Shown one piece after another: positions 42,714 through 57,022 of a DNA stretch of 64,000 bases. A model generated the notes under the pieces. That model worked only from the letters and a program-made list of their open reading frames with translations, was not told where the DNA came from and did no database searches. A program made the position numbers and the translations under genes. Each line of letters starts with the position of its first letter. Position 1 is the first letter of the stretch. The DNA comes from Piromyces finnis finn (Eukaryota > Fungi > Neocallimastigomycota). Location: the NCBI GenBank assembly GCA_002104945.1, contig MCFH01000028.1, positions 310,001 to 374,000 of the forward strand, written 5' to 3'.

Positions 42714-45700
42714 TTATGGTTGTTGAGATGTAGAAATAGAATAAGAGGATAATTGTGATATTGGTAAGGATACCGTTGTTTTAGTTGGTTTATATTGTGG
42801 ACTTGGGAATGATGGCAGTGTATTCATATTGCCACTTTCTACTTGTAATGGCATTGACAATGTATAAAAATCACCTCTATTTTTTTTAAAGATGTCCGGG
42901 TGAGTCATTATTGGTGATATATTTCTAATAGCTGTTTCATTTTTTGTAGAATGTATTAAATCTAGTGGATTAGATGATGAAGATGACGAAACTACGCCAT
43001 TTAAATTTGAGGAAGTCGTTATTTTTGTATATTGTTCATTTTTGTACATTATTGAATGTGGTGGTATTTTCTTTCTATTACTAGTATTATTCAATGAAAA
43101 TGAATAACTCTTCATGTCAATAGAATTTTCATCTCTTCCATCTCTGGCATAATCATCCAAATATTGTTTTGAATTATTTTGATTCAAAGAGTCAACAATA
43201 TAGGACGAGTTGATATATTTACTCCATGAATTCTCTTTGACTTCATTCATAGAATTTATTAGATTATCTGATACTAATTCACCTTTGGTTAAAATGACTG
43301 GTGAATTGTTTGTTGAAAATTGAGGCGTTATACTTTCTACAAAACATATAATAATATAATTATATATAATATAATTAGTATTTTATTTAAATTAATTTAC
43401 TATTAAATGTTGATTATTATTAGTTTTATTCTATTAATAATGAATACCATATAAATAGTTTCTTTTTTCTTTTGAGTCATTAAAATTATTTATTGGTTTA
43501 TATAATGGCGGGAGAGTTTTATTATTATATATTGTTGGCGTTGGAAACAAAGAATCATTTGTAAAAGATACAGAATCCATTCTTTCTTCAATTGGTGATA
43601 CTTTACTTTCACTATTTATAAAATCATTTGAATTATTTCCTGAAATATTTATATCATTATAATGTGAAGAAGTTGTTCCTTTTTTTTTCAATAAATATAT
43701 TTATATATGTATAAATCATATTAATATTTAAATTTTTATTATTATGAATATTACTTTTTTATTTTCTATTTTCTATTAACAATAAGAAAATACTATATTG
43801 ACTTACTTTGATTTATACCTTTAAAAGTATTGAATTCATCATCGAGTTGAAGATTTAAATTTTCTTCCAATATTTCTTTCTGAAGTGAATTTGAATTATT
43901 AATTAGCATTTGATCTTGGAATAGAGGAATATTCTTTTCCTTCACAATAGTGTTGTATGTATTATTCATGACATTAGTACTATCTTTTCTATTAATTATT
44001 TCTTTATTCAACTTTTTGCCAGAAAAATGTTCATTGAAAGTAGTTTGGAAAGCTTTTTCATTTTCAATATTTGGTAATGTATTTGTTTTAAGAATTGGAC
44101 TTATATATCTAGTATTTTCTTCTGGTAATATTAAGTTTTGAGAATTGAAATGATTACTATTATTTACAGTAGTAGAAACTAATTTATTATATTCTATATT
44201 ATTTTCAGCATATTGAGGGTTAATTTTAGATATTGATTCATTTATTTGTGAAACAAGACCTGAATTTGTTCTGGAAAATAAAAGTTCTTCCGAAAATCTT
44301 GAAGAAGATAATTCTGGTGTTGGAATTATTTCTGTTAGCTTTGAAGATAGTTCACAATCTGGAAGTCTTGTTGATGTTAACTCCGGAGTTGGTACAATCC
44401 TTTGTGTTCTTGATGCTGTTATCTCTGGAGTAGATATCAGTTCTGGAAGTCTTGAAGATGACATTTCAGGAGTAGAAATAATTTCAGGGAGTCTTGAGGA
44501 TACCAACTCTGGTGTAGGAATGATTTCTTGAAGTCTTGTTGATCTTAATTCTGGGGTTAAAACAATCTTAGGAAGTCTTGAGGAAACTAATTCAGGAGTT
44601 GGAATCAAGGCTGGAAGCTTTGAAGAAGGTAATTCCGGTGTGGGAATAATTTCTTCAATTTTACCATCAGAATTATACTTAACAATGGCTTGCATAGAAT
44701 TTGTTGGTTTACTGTTATCAATTGTATTAATATTATTGTAAAGAAGTTTATTACTTACTAAACTTGGTGTAGTGTTATATTTAGAAGTATTCAGCATACT
44801 ATTAATTGGACTTTGAATTAATTGTGTCGGATAAAGTGTACCTTGATTATTTAATTTACTCGTTAGTGTATTGTTACTAATATTCATTCTACTGGTATTG
44901 ATATTCATAGTTAGAGATTGATTATTGTTAGGAACAAAATTAGCAGAATGTGAAGATGAAAGATTCATTGATAATGTTTGACTATTACTAGAAATATTAC
45001 TTGCGACTGATGATTTATTATACTGTTTCGGATTATAGAACTTTGCTTTACTTGAATTTAATGTATTACGATTTATGTTTGTGTCAGACATTTGATTCAT
45101 TATAGTAGTATTAATATCATTAGAATTTAACCTTGATACTTGAGTGGTATCATTAGTCAACATTTGATATGAAGATGTTTTTGATGAATAATATATTTTT
45201 TGCTCTTGTTGTTGTTGCTGTTGATGTTGTTGATGATGAAGATGATGTTGTTGTTGTTGTACAGGAGAATAATTATAACATTTTTTTGCTGCTGAATTGT
45301 AAGAATATAAATAGGATTGATGTAACATTTTATTTATTTGCTGCTTATTATTTTCTTGTTGTTGTTGTTGTTGTTGTTTTAATTGTAACATTTGTTCTCT
45401 AAATTCTGGTTGAGATTGTTTCATTCTTGATTGCTGAGTTAGCTCATTCTGAAGTAATTTACTTGGATAAGGAATTTTTTTATTACTGTTCTGGTTCTGA
45501 ATAAATGGTTGATGTTTACTAATAGTATTTTCATTTTCATTTTTATATGAAATATTCTGATTTTGTATGATCGATGAATGGTTATCGATATATTGAGTTT
45601 TAGGATCTTCGGTATAAATATTAGTTAGTGAATTATTATTGTATTTGGTACTTGTGGAATAGGAATTATTATAACTGAATGTGTTATTATTGACTATAGT

Positions 45701-46808
45701 TGATTGATTATTTATTGGATTTGATGTTACAACGTCCACTTCAGTATTATTCATTGGCTTTAATGCATTAATAGAATTCGAGTTAGGGTTTGTATTATTT
45801 TTAAAATTATTAGTTTGCGATACTTTTGATTTATTAGTTTGTATTGAGGAATCTCTAACCATTTCATTTTTTATATTGCTTTCTTTTCCACTTGAATTTA
45901 TATACAATTCTTGTTCTTTATTAATTTTATCATTATTTTGTGATACATATAGTTTATTAGAACTACTTTTTATTTGATGATCTATTGAATTTTGAAGGTT
46001 AACTTCACTTTTAAAAGATTGTAAAGAATTTTGTTGATCTAGTATAGGTTTATTTTCTAATGAATTAATAGAAATATTATTACCCATATCCAATTTTGAG
46101 TTTTCAACATTCATATTACTTTCTTTATATTTTTCTATTATTAATTTATTGGATATCTCATCATCTAAAATTTAATATATATAATATAATATAAAAATTT
46201 TTTTAATGTTGAAATATATGTGTAACATTGAAAAATTTTTTTTTTTACTTTATTTTATAATTACCTTTTTCTTTTTTCGATTTTTTAACCTTTTTTTTTA
46301 AATTGTCACCTTTTCTCTTTTTACCTGAATCTTTATTTTCATTATTACTACTTTTAATTTCACTAGGATTATTTATTTTTTCTTTAAAAACAATATTTTT
46401 TTCACTTGAAGACGTTGAAGGTTTATTTTTACAATCCAAATCTCGATTATTATTAATATTATTATTATTATTATTTTTATTATTTAAACCTTTGTTATGA
46501 TTTTTTTTTATAATGGTAAATGGAAGATCTTTAAATAATAATAAAATAGTATAATAATTAAAAATTAAAAATATCAATATATATATAATACATATAAGTA
46601 ACTAATAATAATATATATAAACATATAAATAATCACTTGAAGGATTAAAATCCGGAAGATCTCTTAAAGATGGTGCTAATACATTAGTATACTTTAATTT
46701 ATTTTGGAGCTTTGCCATTCTAATGCCAATAGCACCAACCGACATATAACTATTAAAATTTTTTGAAGCATCTGATATATCAGACTTTAAATAATTTAAG
46801 TATTCTTC
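42714..46808 (-). CDS. Uncharacterised, mostly disordered N/S/Q-rich protein (over 1000 aa) with an internal 14-aa tandem repeat; 5' end unresolved (possible extra exons to about 47060)
   Basis: Exons from about 46808, 46530, 46165-43807, 43670 and 43340-42714 join in frame at GT-AG sites. The supplied ORFs 46245-46577, 43793-46114, 43434-43691 and 42714-43250 are pieces of this one gene. Confidence 0.7.
44288..44650 (-). repeat. Coding tandem repeat: eight 14-aa (42-nt) units plus one 9-aa partial, consensus [IL][IV]PTPELxSSRLPE
   Basis: IIPTPELPSSKLPA / LIPTPELVSSRLPK / IVLTPELRSTRLQE / IIPTPELVSSRLPE / IISTPEMSSSRLPE / LISTPEITASRTQR / IVPTPELTSTRLPD / CELSSKLTE / IIPTPELSSSRFSE; 363 nt = 121 aa. 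Confidence 0.95.
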
Positions 46809-49800
46809 CTATAAAAAATTTTTTTAGTTAATTTTAAAAAAAAAAAAAAAAAAGAAAGAAAGAAAGAAATAAGTATATTAATATACCAAATAATAAAATT
46901 TTGTATTCTTTCATACTTGAAATAAAATAAGAATCGAAAAAAAAAGTTTATTAACATCTTAAAAATAATTTAGTACTTACATTATTTTGCTTTTTATTCC
47001 TTGTCCTTTTATTTTTATTATTGGGTTCTTTAATATGTTTTTGCATTCTTGTTAACTTTTACTTATAAAATAACAAATTACTTTTAAAATTTCAATTTAT
47101 TTAACTAATATGAATTAAAATATATATAATAAAAATATTAATTAACTACTTCATGAAATTTCTTTAAAATAAATTGCAAACATTTAAAAATGAAAGTACC
47201 AATTATTATTTTAATATTAATTAGTCTATGGTTTATTTTCTTGAATTGATAATATTTATAAAGCATGTAAAATAATAGTATTAAAAATACATGAAATGAA
47301 ACAAAATTGATATCAAATTATTGTTGAACATTAAATATGCTGGTAATTGAAGTATAAAAAAATATATTATAATTTTGTTTCTACAAAAAAAAAAAATAGT
47401 AATAAAATTAAAATTAAAATAAATAGATTTCCGTGTATTTACAATCCTTTTTTTTTAATAAATATTTACAGAATAATAAAAAGAATATATTTTCTCTTTA
47501 TTACTAAAAAATAATATCTATAGAAATTATTTTTAAAAAGAAATGTTTTTTTGGGGGTTAATTAAATTGAAAGTTAAATAAAACTAAAAGAATGAATAAA
47601 TTTTCAAAATTTCTTTTTGAATTGTTATTTAATTTTATTTTGAATTGCATTAAATAGTTTTTCTTTACGTTATTTTTTTTAATTGTTTCTTTTTTTTATT
47701 TATTTATTTATTTTAATTTTGTTAAATAGTATTGTTTCTTGAGTCTACGTTTTCTTGTTATTACAACTACAATTTGATATATTTTTGTTAAATTTTAAAA
47801 GCATAATTAATAATTATTCAAAAAAGTAATATACGAATTATGTTTTATAAACCTTTATATAAAAAATAATGTAGATTTCCATTAAATATTTACAAAATAA
47901 AAATAAAAAAAAATAAGAAAAGTGTTAAAAGAAAAAAAAAGGTTTGTGGTTGTTAAAAGTAAAAAATAAAAAAAATAGGTTTTCTTTAATTTTTAAATAA
48001 TTAAATATAATTGTATTACTATATATTATGATTATATTGATATATATATATAATAATATTATTTTATATAAATAATAATTTTAAATCTAAAATTTAATTA
48101 ATTTTATTAATTTAAAAATTAAAATTTTAGGTGATATTAAATATATATATGATATATAATATAAATATTATATATTATTTGAATAGAATAACATAATTAT
48201 ATAAATATATTCTATTATATTATACCACATAAATGACATAAATTGAATAAAAAATAAAGTGAAATATAAAGCTCTTTCATATAAACCTTTTCCTATAATA
48301 AAAGAGGTAAAAAATACTATTTTTATATTAATATATTTTAATAACAAAAAATCTTAAACTAAATAATAAAAAAAAAATTAATAACTTTAATCATTGTACA
48401 TTTAATTTGTTTAACTATAATTCTTTTAATACTACCTATAACAAAATTACACATGTGATATTTGTTTTAATAATAAAATAATGCAAAAATAATATTAGAA
48501 TCTATATAGATATAACATATCAATCATACCCATACTAAAGGCATTCAATATTATATTTTTTATCTTCAAAATAGATTGTTCTTGAAAGTTCTTTATCGTC
48601 AAGATGAATTGTTCTTAAAATTTCTTTTTCTGTAATGTTTCACTAAATTCTTGCATTATCAAGTAAAAAATAAACAAAATAATATTTCATCAAATGTAAT
48701 TAAATTGATTTTTATTCTAGAATATTTAACTACATTTTAAGTAGCATTAAAAATGATATACTTAAATTCTATTTAGCACAGAATCATGTTAAGAAAAACA
48801 TACTTTTGAAATAAAGGTTAGTTAATTCAAAATCTTTGATATATTACTCCAAGTTACAATAACAAAATATCATATTCATAAGGATTTATATATGAATAAC
48901 AAAATTTAATATAGTTTTTTTTCGTATTAAAAGACAATATACAAGAAAAATCGAAGATTTTAAATATAAAAATAATTTATAATTCTACTTCCCTAATAAA
49001 AATAAACTAAAAAATCACTCTAAAGAAATAATTTAAATGAAAAAAAAAATCTAAAGTTATCTCCATACTTTACAAAAAAAACTATTACATTTTTATTAGT
49101 GTCAAAAACCATACTTTAGTATATCTAAGTGTTATACTTTAAATAACTCGAATATTATAAGGATATTAAAATTCAGATTTATTTAAAATCTTTTCAGGAA
49201 AAAAAAAAAAGACATTTTGTTAAATATTTATAATTGAATTGAATTTAAATTTCAATACATATTAATAATATTATTAATTAACTAATAATATATATATATT
49301 ATATGTACTAGTATTCCATCCATAAATTATTTCATATATACATAAAAGGAAATTTTAATTATTTTGAAGTTGAAATAAAAAACTAATTAAAGTTTTACAT
49401 TTTAAACTACATTTATTCATTTCAACTTTATATATATAAATTAATATCATGAAAATATATTAAATAATCGTTATTAATTTGAATATAAAATTTAACCAAT
49501 AAAATTTGGTTTTTAATTTTAAAATTTTATTTTTATTTTTTTTTATTTTTTTTTTTTTGAATCATAAACTAATAAAAATGAAAGAAACTCAATAATTAAT
49601 TTAAAAAAATGATTAAGAAAATCTGTTATTTAAACTTTAAAAATTCAAAAAAATAAAAAAAAAAAAAGTTTAAATATTAATAATTTTATAATTAAATAAA
49701 ATAGTATAGGAAAAGGTTAGTAGATTTTTTTTTTTTTTTGGTATAGAATATTATAAAGGTTGAATTTTAAAGATAATTTTTTTTATATTTTTAATATATT

Positions 49801-52140
49801 ATATTATTTAACTTTTAAAATGGGATATAAAAAAAAAAAGTATTATTATACAGAAATGTTTTTCTTTTTTTTTTTTTCAAAAATTTACATGATTTGAAAA
49901 AGTATCCACACTAAATTTAAATCATATAAATTATTGAATAATGTAAAATGCTAAGAATATAAGAATATTTAGTAATATTTATATTTAGTCTATTTTAAAA
50001 TAAAAAATAGACTTACAAAGTTAATTATTGAATAGTTATATAATTTGAAAAAAAGTAATTATTATATAATGTAAGCCATTAATTATAAATAGAAATAATA
50101 AGAAATAAATTAATACTATTTACAATAAAAAATGCATACAGTGTAACTATGAAAAAATATATTTTAGAATACCTAAGATAAATGAAATATAATTTTTTCC
50201 TTTTAAACAATAAAATATATATATATATGATGTTAAAAAATTAAAATTGATAAACTATGTTAATTTTTTATATAATTTGTAAATAATATACGCATACTAT
50301 TATAACTAGTTTTAACTCCGATCTTTTTTTTTTTTTTTTTTTTTTTTGATTAAATGTTTAAAAGTACTGCATTATCCTATTAATATTAAAATTAAATGTT
50401 TTTTTTTGTTAAATATTTATTATCATTAATCAATCTTAGAAACTATTATGATAAAAAAGAAGAAAAGAAATATTTATTAAAGTATATAATGATCTCTATA
50501 TAATGATCTAGAAAAATTCACTTTATATATGATCAAGATAAAATATAATATTAAAAAAAAAAGTTTAATTTTAAAAGTTTCATTTTTATTATATATATTT
50601 TTTATATTATTTAAGGTTTAATAAAAGAAGAAATAATCTCTAATGAGTGGTAATGAAAAATAATTATACTAATTAAATATGGACATATTAAATTTTATAA
50701 TATTTAATTTATCTAAAATATAAACTATATTTTTAAATTTTTATTTTTTTCTATGTATTATACTTTTGATAAGAATTAAAATAAAAATGAAATAAATAAT
50801 AAAACTGGTGTTTTCAAAGTAATATATTTGGTATAATATACAAAAAATTTGAAAGTATTTGAAGTCTTTCAAATACAATTATATTATATTATCTTGTCAC
50901 ATCATAATAATTATAACTATTTTCTATTGGACTAATTTATATTATAACAGTTAATAAAAGTTGCTTCTTGATACATATAATTTGACCAAATAAATGGCTT
51001 TATTTTATACATATAGAATAATAATAATTAAATGCAATAGGTAATCTTTATAAATTAATATTAATTATATATTAATATGACCTATATGTTTAAATTATAT
51101 CAGGCTGGCTGTATTTACCTAAAAATTTTTTTAGATTAATAATTTGATTAAATGATAAAACTTTATAAAATAATATATTACAGTATTATTTTCAATATAA
51201 TGATACTTGATATATAATATATTAATAATAAGTAATAAGTTGTTACATAATTAAATTAACAAATAAAAATATAACCAAAATAATAATAATAAATTGAAGT
51301 TTTAAAATTTGAAATATATGAATATAATAATAATTAATCGTTTTTATACTTTATAATTTAAAAAGAATAAAAAAAAAAAAAAGAAAAAAGAAAAAAATGA
51401 ATAAAATTTATTAAAAAACAAAAAGAAAAAAGTTTTAAAAAAGCCTACTAATTTAAAATATGATATCATCAAAATAGGTATATAAAGGTCATCAAAAAAA
51501 ATTAAAATGAAAAAATTTAAAAATTTAAAATTTAACTTATATCGTTCTTTTTTTATTTAAAATTTTATTATTTAATATATATATAATATTATTTAGTATA
51601 AAGTGATATCAACAACTAAACTAAATGTATTTCGATGGTTTATATATTCTTATTTCTTTTATATATAATATGGATATTATAACAAGATATAAGATGATGA
51701 ATTAAGAAAAAAAAAAAAAAAAAAAAAAAGGGGGGTATTATTATTCTATTATTTTTGTTTTATTTTTATTATTATTCTTTTTATATATATAATTTATTTA
51801 TTGTAAAGAATTATTGTTGCTTTTTTTTCTCCAATGTATTGTTTTTCATATTTTTATTTAATATTTCATTTATCGTTTTCTTAACCTTATTTAAAGAAAG
51901 TCTATAATTTTATATATATAATTAATAATTAGAATAGATGGATTGAAAATTATAAATAGTTTTGAATAAAAATAATAGTTAAGGTTTATTCTTTAATACT
52001 ACTGTGACAATAAAAGTTAAAAAAAAAAAACTTACTTTCTATCTTCACTTAAAATAAATGGCTATTTCATTAGAGAATTGAAACCATTAAAAATAGATAG
52101 AGTTAAATATTATTTATAAATTTAATAGGTTAGTTTAAAC

Positions 52141-52173
<33 letters not shown>

Positions 52174-52214
52174 GGTATTTAAGAAATATTGTATTGATAT
52201 TATCAAAACTATAC

Positions 52215-55200
52215 CTGTATAACTTGAATCCTAGATATTGGTTTTCCAACTAATAGATTCTTAATAAGATTGACAGAAATATATTGTCCAAGAATGGATA
52301 AAACCTCCTTATTTAATTGATGGAATATTCCACCAAAACTAATTGAAGTATTCTTAAAAATGAAAGGAATAGAATAGATATTATAGGATTAATGTTACCT
52401 AAATGAATATTCATATATTTTAATTAAATATTTATTAAAATAAAATAATGGCAATGTACCTCCATAACTAAATAGGTTGTTTTACTCAAGGAATGAACAG
52501 GTTTAATATTATTATCTGTTAAAGAAATACTGTTAACACGAATTAGATTATGATTTGTATTACGACCATGACCAAAAGTAAGATCAGGCATGGTTAATGC
52601 TCTTCTTTTACCTAAACTTTTTTGATCATATGGGGATAATAATAATCGAGAAGGATGATCCCCGAATGAACGATTTCCATTTTTATGACCAGAATAATTA
52701 TGAATATTACTTTCATCATCCCCTTCACTTTCTTCAGCTGAATCAATAATAAGATTAGGGAAAGTATTACATTTTGTATTTTTAATTATGGTTCGGTCAT
52801 TATCAAATGAATTATTCTCGGATTGGGAAGAATAACGACGTATTCTTGGAACTTGTTCACCATCATCATCATCATGATATTCATAGAAATGAGCAGAATA
52901 AGGTGATAATAAACCATTATCTTGACCATCAACATTTTTATTATCATTAATGAGAGATAATGGTTGAAGTTGACCTTGACTTCCATTGGATTTCTTGTTT
53001 TTGAAAGCAAAACTATTTGAACGTGGGGTAGAATAGGACATATCATAGGAATAGCGTCTATTTTGAATATTATAATAGTTTTGAATATTATAATCGTTAA
53101 TAGGAAGTAAACGATTAGTTCTTTTTTTGGGATCATCAATAGTACTGTCTTTAATTGAAGAAGTATCGTCACTGGAAGATATACTTTCAGTTGATGAAGA
53201 TGCTGACGATATTGTTTCGTTTGTATTTAAAAAGTAAAATACTTTATCCTTATTAATAATGTCCATTGTATTTAGATTTGTATTTCTCTTTTCATTCATC
53301 TTATTTTCTGTACTTTGATTACTATCTTTAACATTTAAAACTGAACCCTTCTTAAGATTAACCCCGGATTTTAGTAAATCTTCAGATAATACAATATGGA
53401 ACATTAAACCACCTAGTAATTAAATCATTTATAATAATAAATGGTAATATGTAAACATATAAAAATGAATTAAAAAAATTAGTTTACTATTTTGTAAGAA
53501 ATAAATATTAAAGATATATATATCTATATACATCTATAATAAAATAAAACAAAAAGTTTATTTATTTTACCAGGCAATCTTTCTCTAAAGCATATTCTAA
53601 TAATTAATGGGAATAATGGGAAATGATTAATAAATGCTAACAATAAATCAAATATTATTTGAATTGAAATAACCGCTAATCGACTCTGTATACAAGAATA
53701 AAATTTAAATATAATTTAATATGGTCATTTATAATTGTTACTTTGATAATTAAAACAACAATTTATTAATAATGTTACCAATGAGAATAAAATATAATAG
53801 ACACCAGTAGTTGGATATAAGAAAAATAGCAAGGTAAAGATTATAGTTCCTAAAAGTAATTGATCTAAATTGTATTCAAAAGAATCTAGTCTATTTCTCA
53901 AGGTATTTCTTCTCTTTCCTTTTTATATAGATAAAAAAATTACAATAAATAAGATTCAATAAGTTAATATTTGATATATTCTAGCATCCTATAGTTAATT
54001 TTACCTCTTAATAAATTAAATAAGGATAATAATATTGAAAATTGCCAATAATAAATTTTTGAAGCAACTTTATAGAAAATATGAAGGTGAAAAGTAGCCA
54101 ATGCGATTAAATCTGATGTTAATGAAAGTGATATTGAAGCTCCTAAAATTCCAGCAATACCAATAAATAATACAATTTCATCAGTATATGAAAATATTTT
54201 TGAAAGCACAACTTTGAAAAAAAAAAAAAAAAAAAAAAAAAAAACCCATGATAATGATAATTAATGAATAAAAAATGAAATAAAATTAAAAATTAGTAAT
54301 ATATACGATATATACGACATTAAAAATATATTATTGATGTTTTATATAAAGATATAAAATATATTGAATATAGTTAATAGTAAATACATACTTGACCATA
54401 TCTGAATTAACCATAAAAACAAATCTCCTAAAAATTTATCTAACTCCTTATTAAGTTTTAATCCAGCAGGAGTATCCATTAACCAATCTACTGCTTCTCT
54501 AAGAAATTTTATAGTATAATTCTTTTGTAAACAATATTATTTAACAAAAATAATAAATAATAAGGATAAATTATTAATGTTAAGTAAATATCACTTATTT
54601 AAAAAAAAAAAAAAAAAAAACATTAATAACATAAACTTACCCAAAAAAATTTATTAACGGTATATGCAATTTGTTTATTATATTTTATCAATAAAGCCCC
54701 TATTATAATTCCAAAAAAACCATCTTGTAATATAACAGCTATTGAATTATAAAAACTATTAAAGATTTATAAATACATTATAATTTATATTAATATTAAT
54801 GAGATATTAAAAAAAAAATTTTTTTTTTTTTTTTTTGATACTATTTTTTTTTAATAATTTCATATATATAATGAAAATTTTAATTTAAAAACAGATATAC
54901 CTTAAATATTGAGTTTGTTTTTTTCTGTTTAACATTTTACTATTAGATTTATGAATTTTTTGATGTTGCCATTTTGAATTATAATACTGATATAATCTTA
55001 ATTCAACCTGTTGTATTGTTACTGATATTTTTTTTAAATTTTTCATTTCTGGGGATATAATGGATAAACCTTTATTAAGAATTTTTAATATGAATTTCAA
55101 AAAAAAAAATAACGTTATCACAATAAATAAAAGTGGTAGTAGTAAATAGCGTTTTAAAATATGTGACAATGTTGATAAAATATTATTTAGTGAAGAAAAA

Positions 55201-55289
55201 ATCATATTTGTTCCATTATTTTTGTAATTCTTTTTTTCCTTTATTTCATTTAACTTCTTTTCTATTAAATAACTCGAATTGACCTTTTG

Positions 55290-55324
<35 letters not shown>

Positions 55325-56318
55325 AGAAAAAAGGAGAATTAAATATCATTACAAAATAATATTTTAATTTAAAAAAAAAAAAAAAAAAGGAAATGTCATT
55401 ATATATATATATTAGATTTACCTGAGTTAATAATAATTCCATATCATCTGGTTTATCCGTTCCATTATATTGAGCATGAATTGATATTTTCTTCTTTATT
55501 TTCTTTAAATAATCCTTATTTTTGGAATCCATTTCATCTAAATCTAATTTATCATCCTCACTCCATATTTTCCTTTGATTTTTAAAATCTATGATTATTG
55601 GATCTAATGAATAGTATTGCATTTTCTCTATGTTTAATTGTTTATATAAAATAATTTCGGAACTAACACCTTGGTAACAATACCCACAACAATATATAGA
55701 TCTAGTTTTATATTAAATTTTGTGTATAATAATTTTATCAATTGAGTTATTGTTGAAAATAACGAAAATACAGAAAAAGAAGAAGAAAATAATTTAGTAA
55801 TTTAGTATATTATTTATCAAATCAAGCAACAATGAAATATATATATATATATATATTTATAGTTTTGATAATAATTAATATAAAAAAAATTACTGTATTT
55901 GAGGTAGAATATTATCTAGATATTCAACAGTTAACCATAGATTGGCAGTTTGTTTTTTTTGTGATATTCCTATTGTATTTGTAAATTTTCTTAAAACTTC
56001 TGGACTATCTTCATGTGATATACAAACCCCTAGAACAATAGGTGTTGCAATATCCTTCATATCATTATCCTTTGACATTTTATTTAATTCTAATTCTAAT
56101 TCTTCCAACTATTATTTATTATTTAAACATTAATTAATTACTTATAAAATTAAAAAAAAAAAAAAAAAAAGTATTTAAATATTTACTGTCATGTCAGGTA
56201 CTATTGTTGCAACACTTGATATAAAACTTCTTAAATTCCACCCGACAAGGAATCCTGATTTTCCTTTACAAAGATGTTCAGGCCATAATATTTTCGATAT
56301 AGCACCGAATTTATTCAT
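52215..56318 (-). CDS. GPI1: GPI-GlcNAc transferase subunit Gpi1/PIG-Q, multi-exon; final 3' exon(s) uncertain (may extend to about 51593)
   Basis: The N-terminus reads KILWP...GFLVGWN. The Gpi1 domain reads [76 protein letters not shown], preceded by GLKLNKELDKFLGDLFLW. The C-terminal part reads TYLVME|NTSISFGGIF...LLVGKPI. Confidence 0.9.
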
Positions 56319-56547
56319 TTTCTTTTTTTTTTTTTTTTTTTTTAATAAATTTTGTATTTATTTTAAAATTTGAAAATAATTATATCTAAAATAATTTTTC
56401 TAATTTATATTAATTGATAGTATATAATGAATATTAATATTAATAAATACACAGTTGAAATTGAAATTAAGATTTCAGTTATACTTATATTGGAAAATTG
56501 GATATGAAAAATAAAAAATAAATATTAACCTATATTTAATTAAATTT

Positions 56548-57022
56548 CTAAAAACTTCCACGACGTGCAAGTTGTTCTCTAGCTGAAGTTTGGAATGGGT
56601 ATTCTTTTGACTAAATATTTATTCATTAATAATATAATATATATGTAATATAGTATTAATAAATGTAATTCAATCAATAAAAAAAAAGTTTACTTTTTTT
56701 TTTTTTTTTTTTACATTTTTAGCTTCTTCCTTTGTTAACGGTTTTATTAAAATGATAATTATGAAAAAGCAGACAGTTAAAAAAATAAAAGTATATAACA
56801 AGGAATTCTATGTATATAAGGAGAGATATTAATAATGGTGATATGAAAAACATATAAATTTTAAATCTATATTTTTTGAATTATAATTATAACTACTTTA
56901 TTTTCAATTGATGAATAATCAGTAAAAATTGAAGCGAGAGTTTGAAAAAAATTTAAATATGAAACGAGATATCCAAGAATAAATGATACAATTAATGATG
57001 ATATTACTGTAGTACTTGACAT
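56548..57022 (-). CDS. Putative 67-aa single-pass membrane microprotein, 3 exons, not in the ORF track
   Basis: join(57022-56897, 56729-56715, 56610-56548) = 126 + 15 + 63 nt, with both introns phase-0 GT-AG. Product: MSSTTVISSLIVSFILGYLVSYLNFFQTLASIFTDYSSIENK-EEAKN-SKEYPFQTSAREQLARRGSF*. The exons are visibly more GC-rich than their flanks. Confidence 0.6.

Noticed and set aside
46680-46760. Possible Whi5/Nrm1-type motif in GIRMAKLQNKLKY
   Set aside because: The L-R-x-R-L-x-L-A-x-Y-K pattern is not matched well enough to call.
48540-48660. Minus-strand coding-like segment (NITEKEILRTIHLDDKELSRTIYFEDKKYNIECL*)
   Set aside because: It is flanked by in-frame stops, has no usable splice context and matches no family I know.
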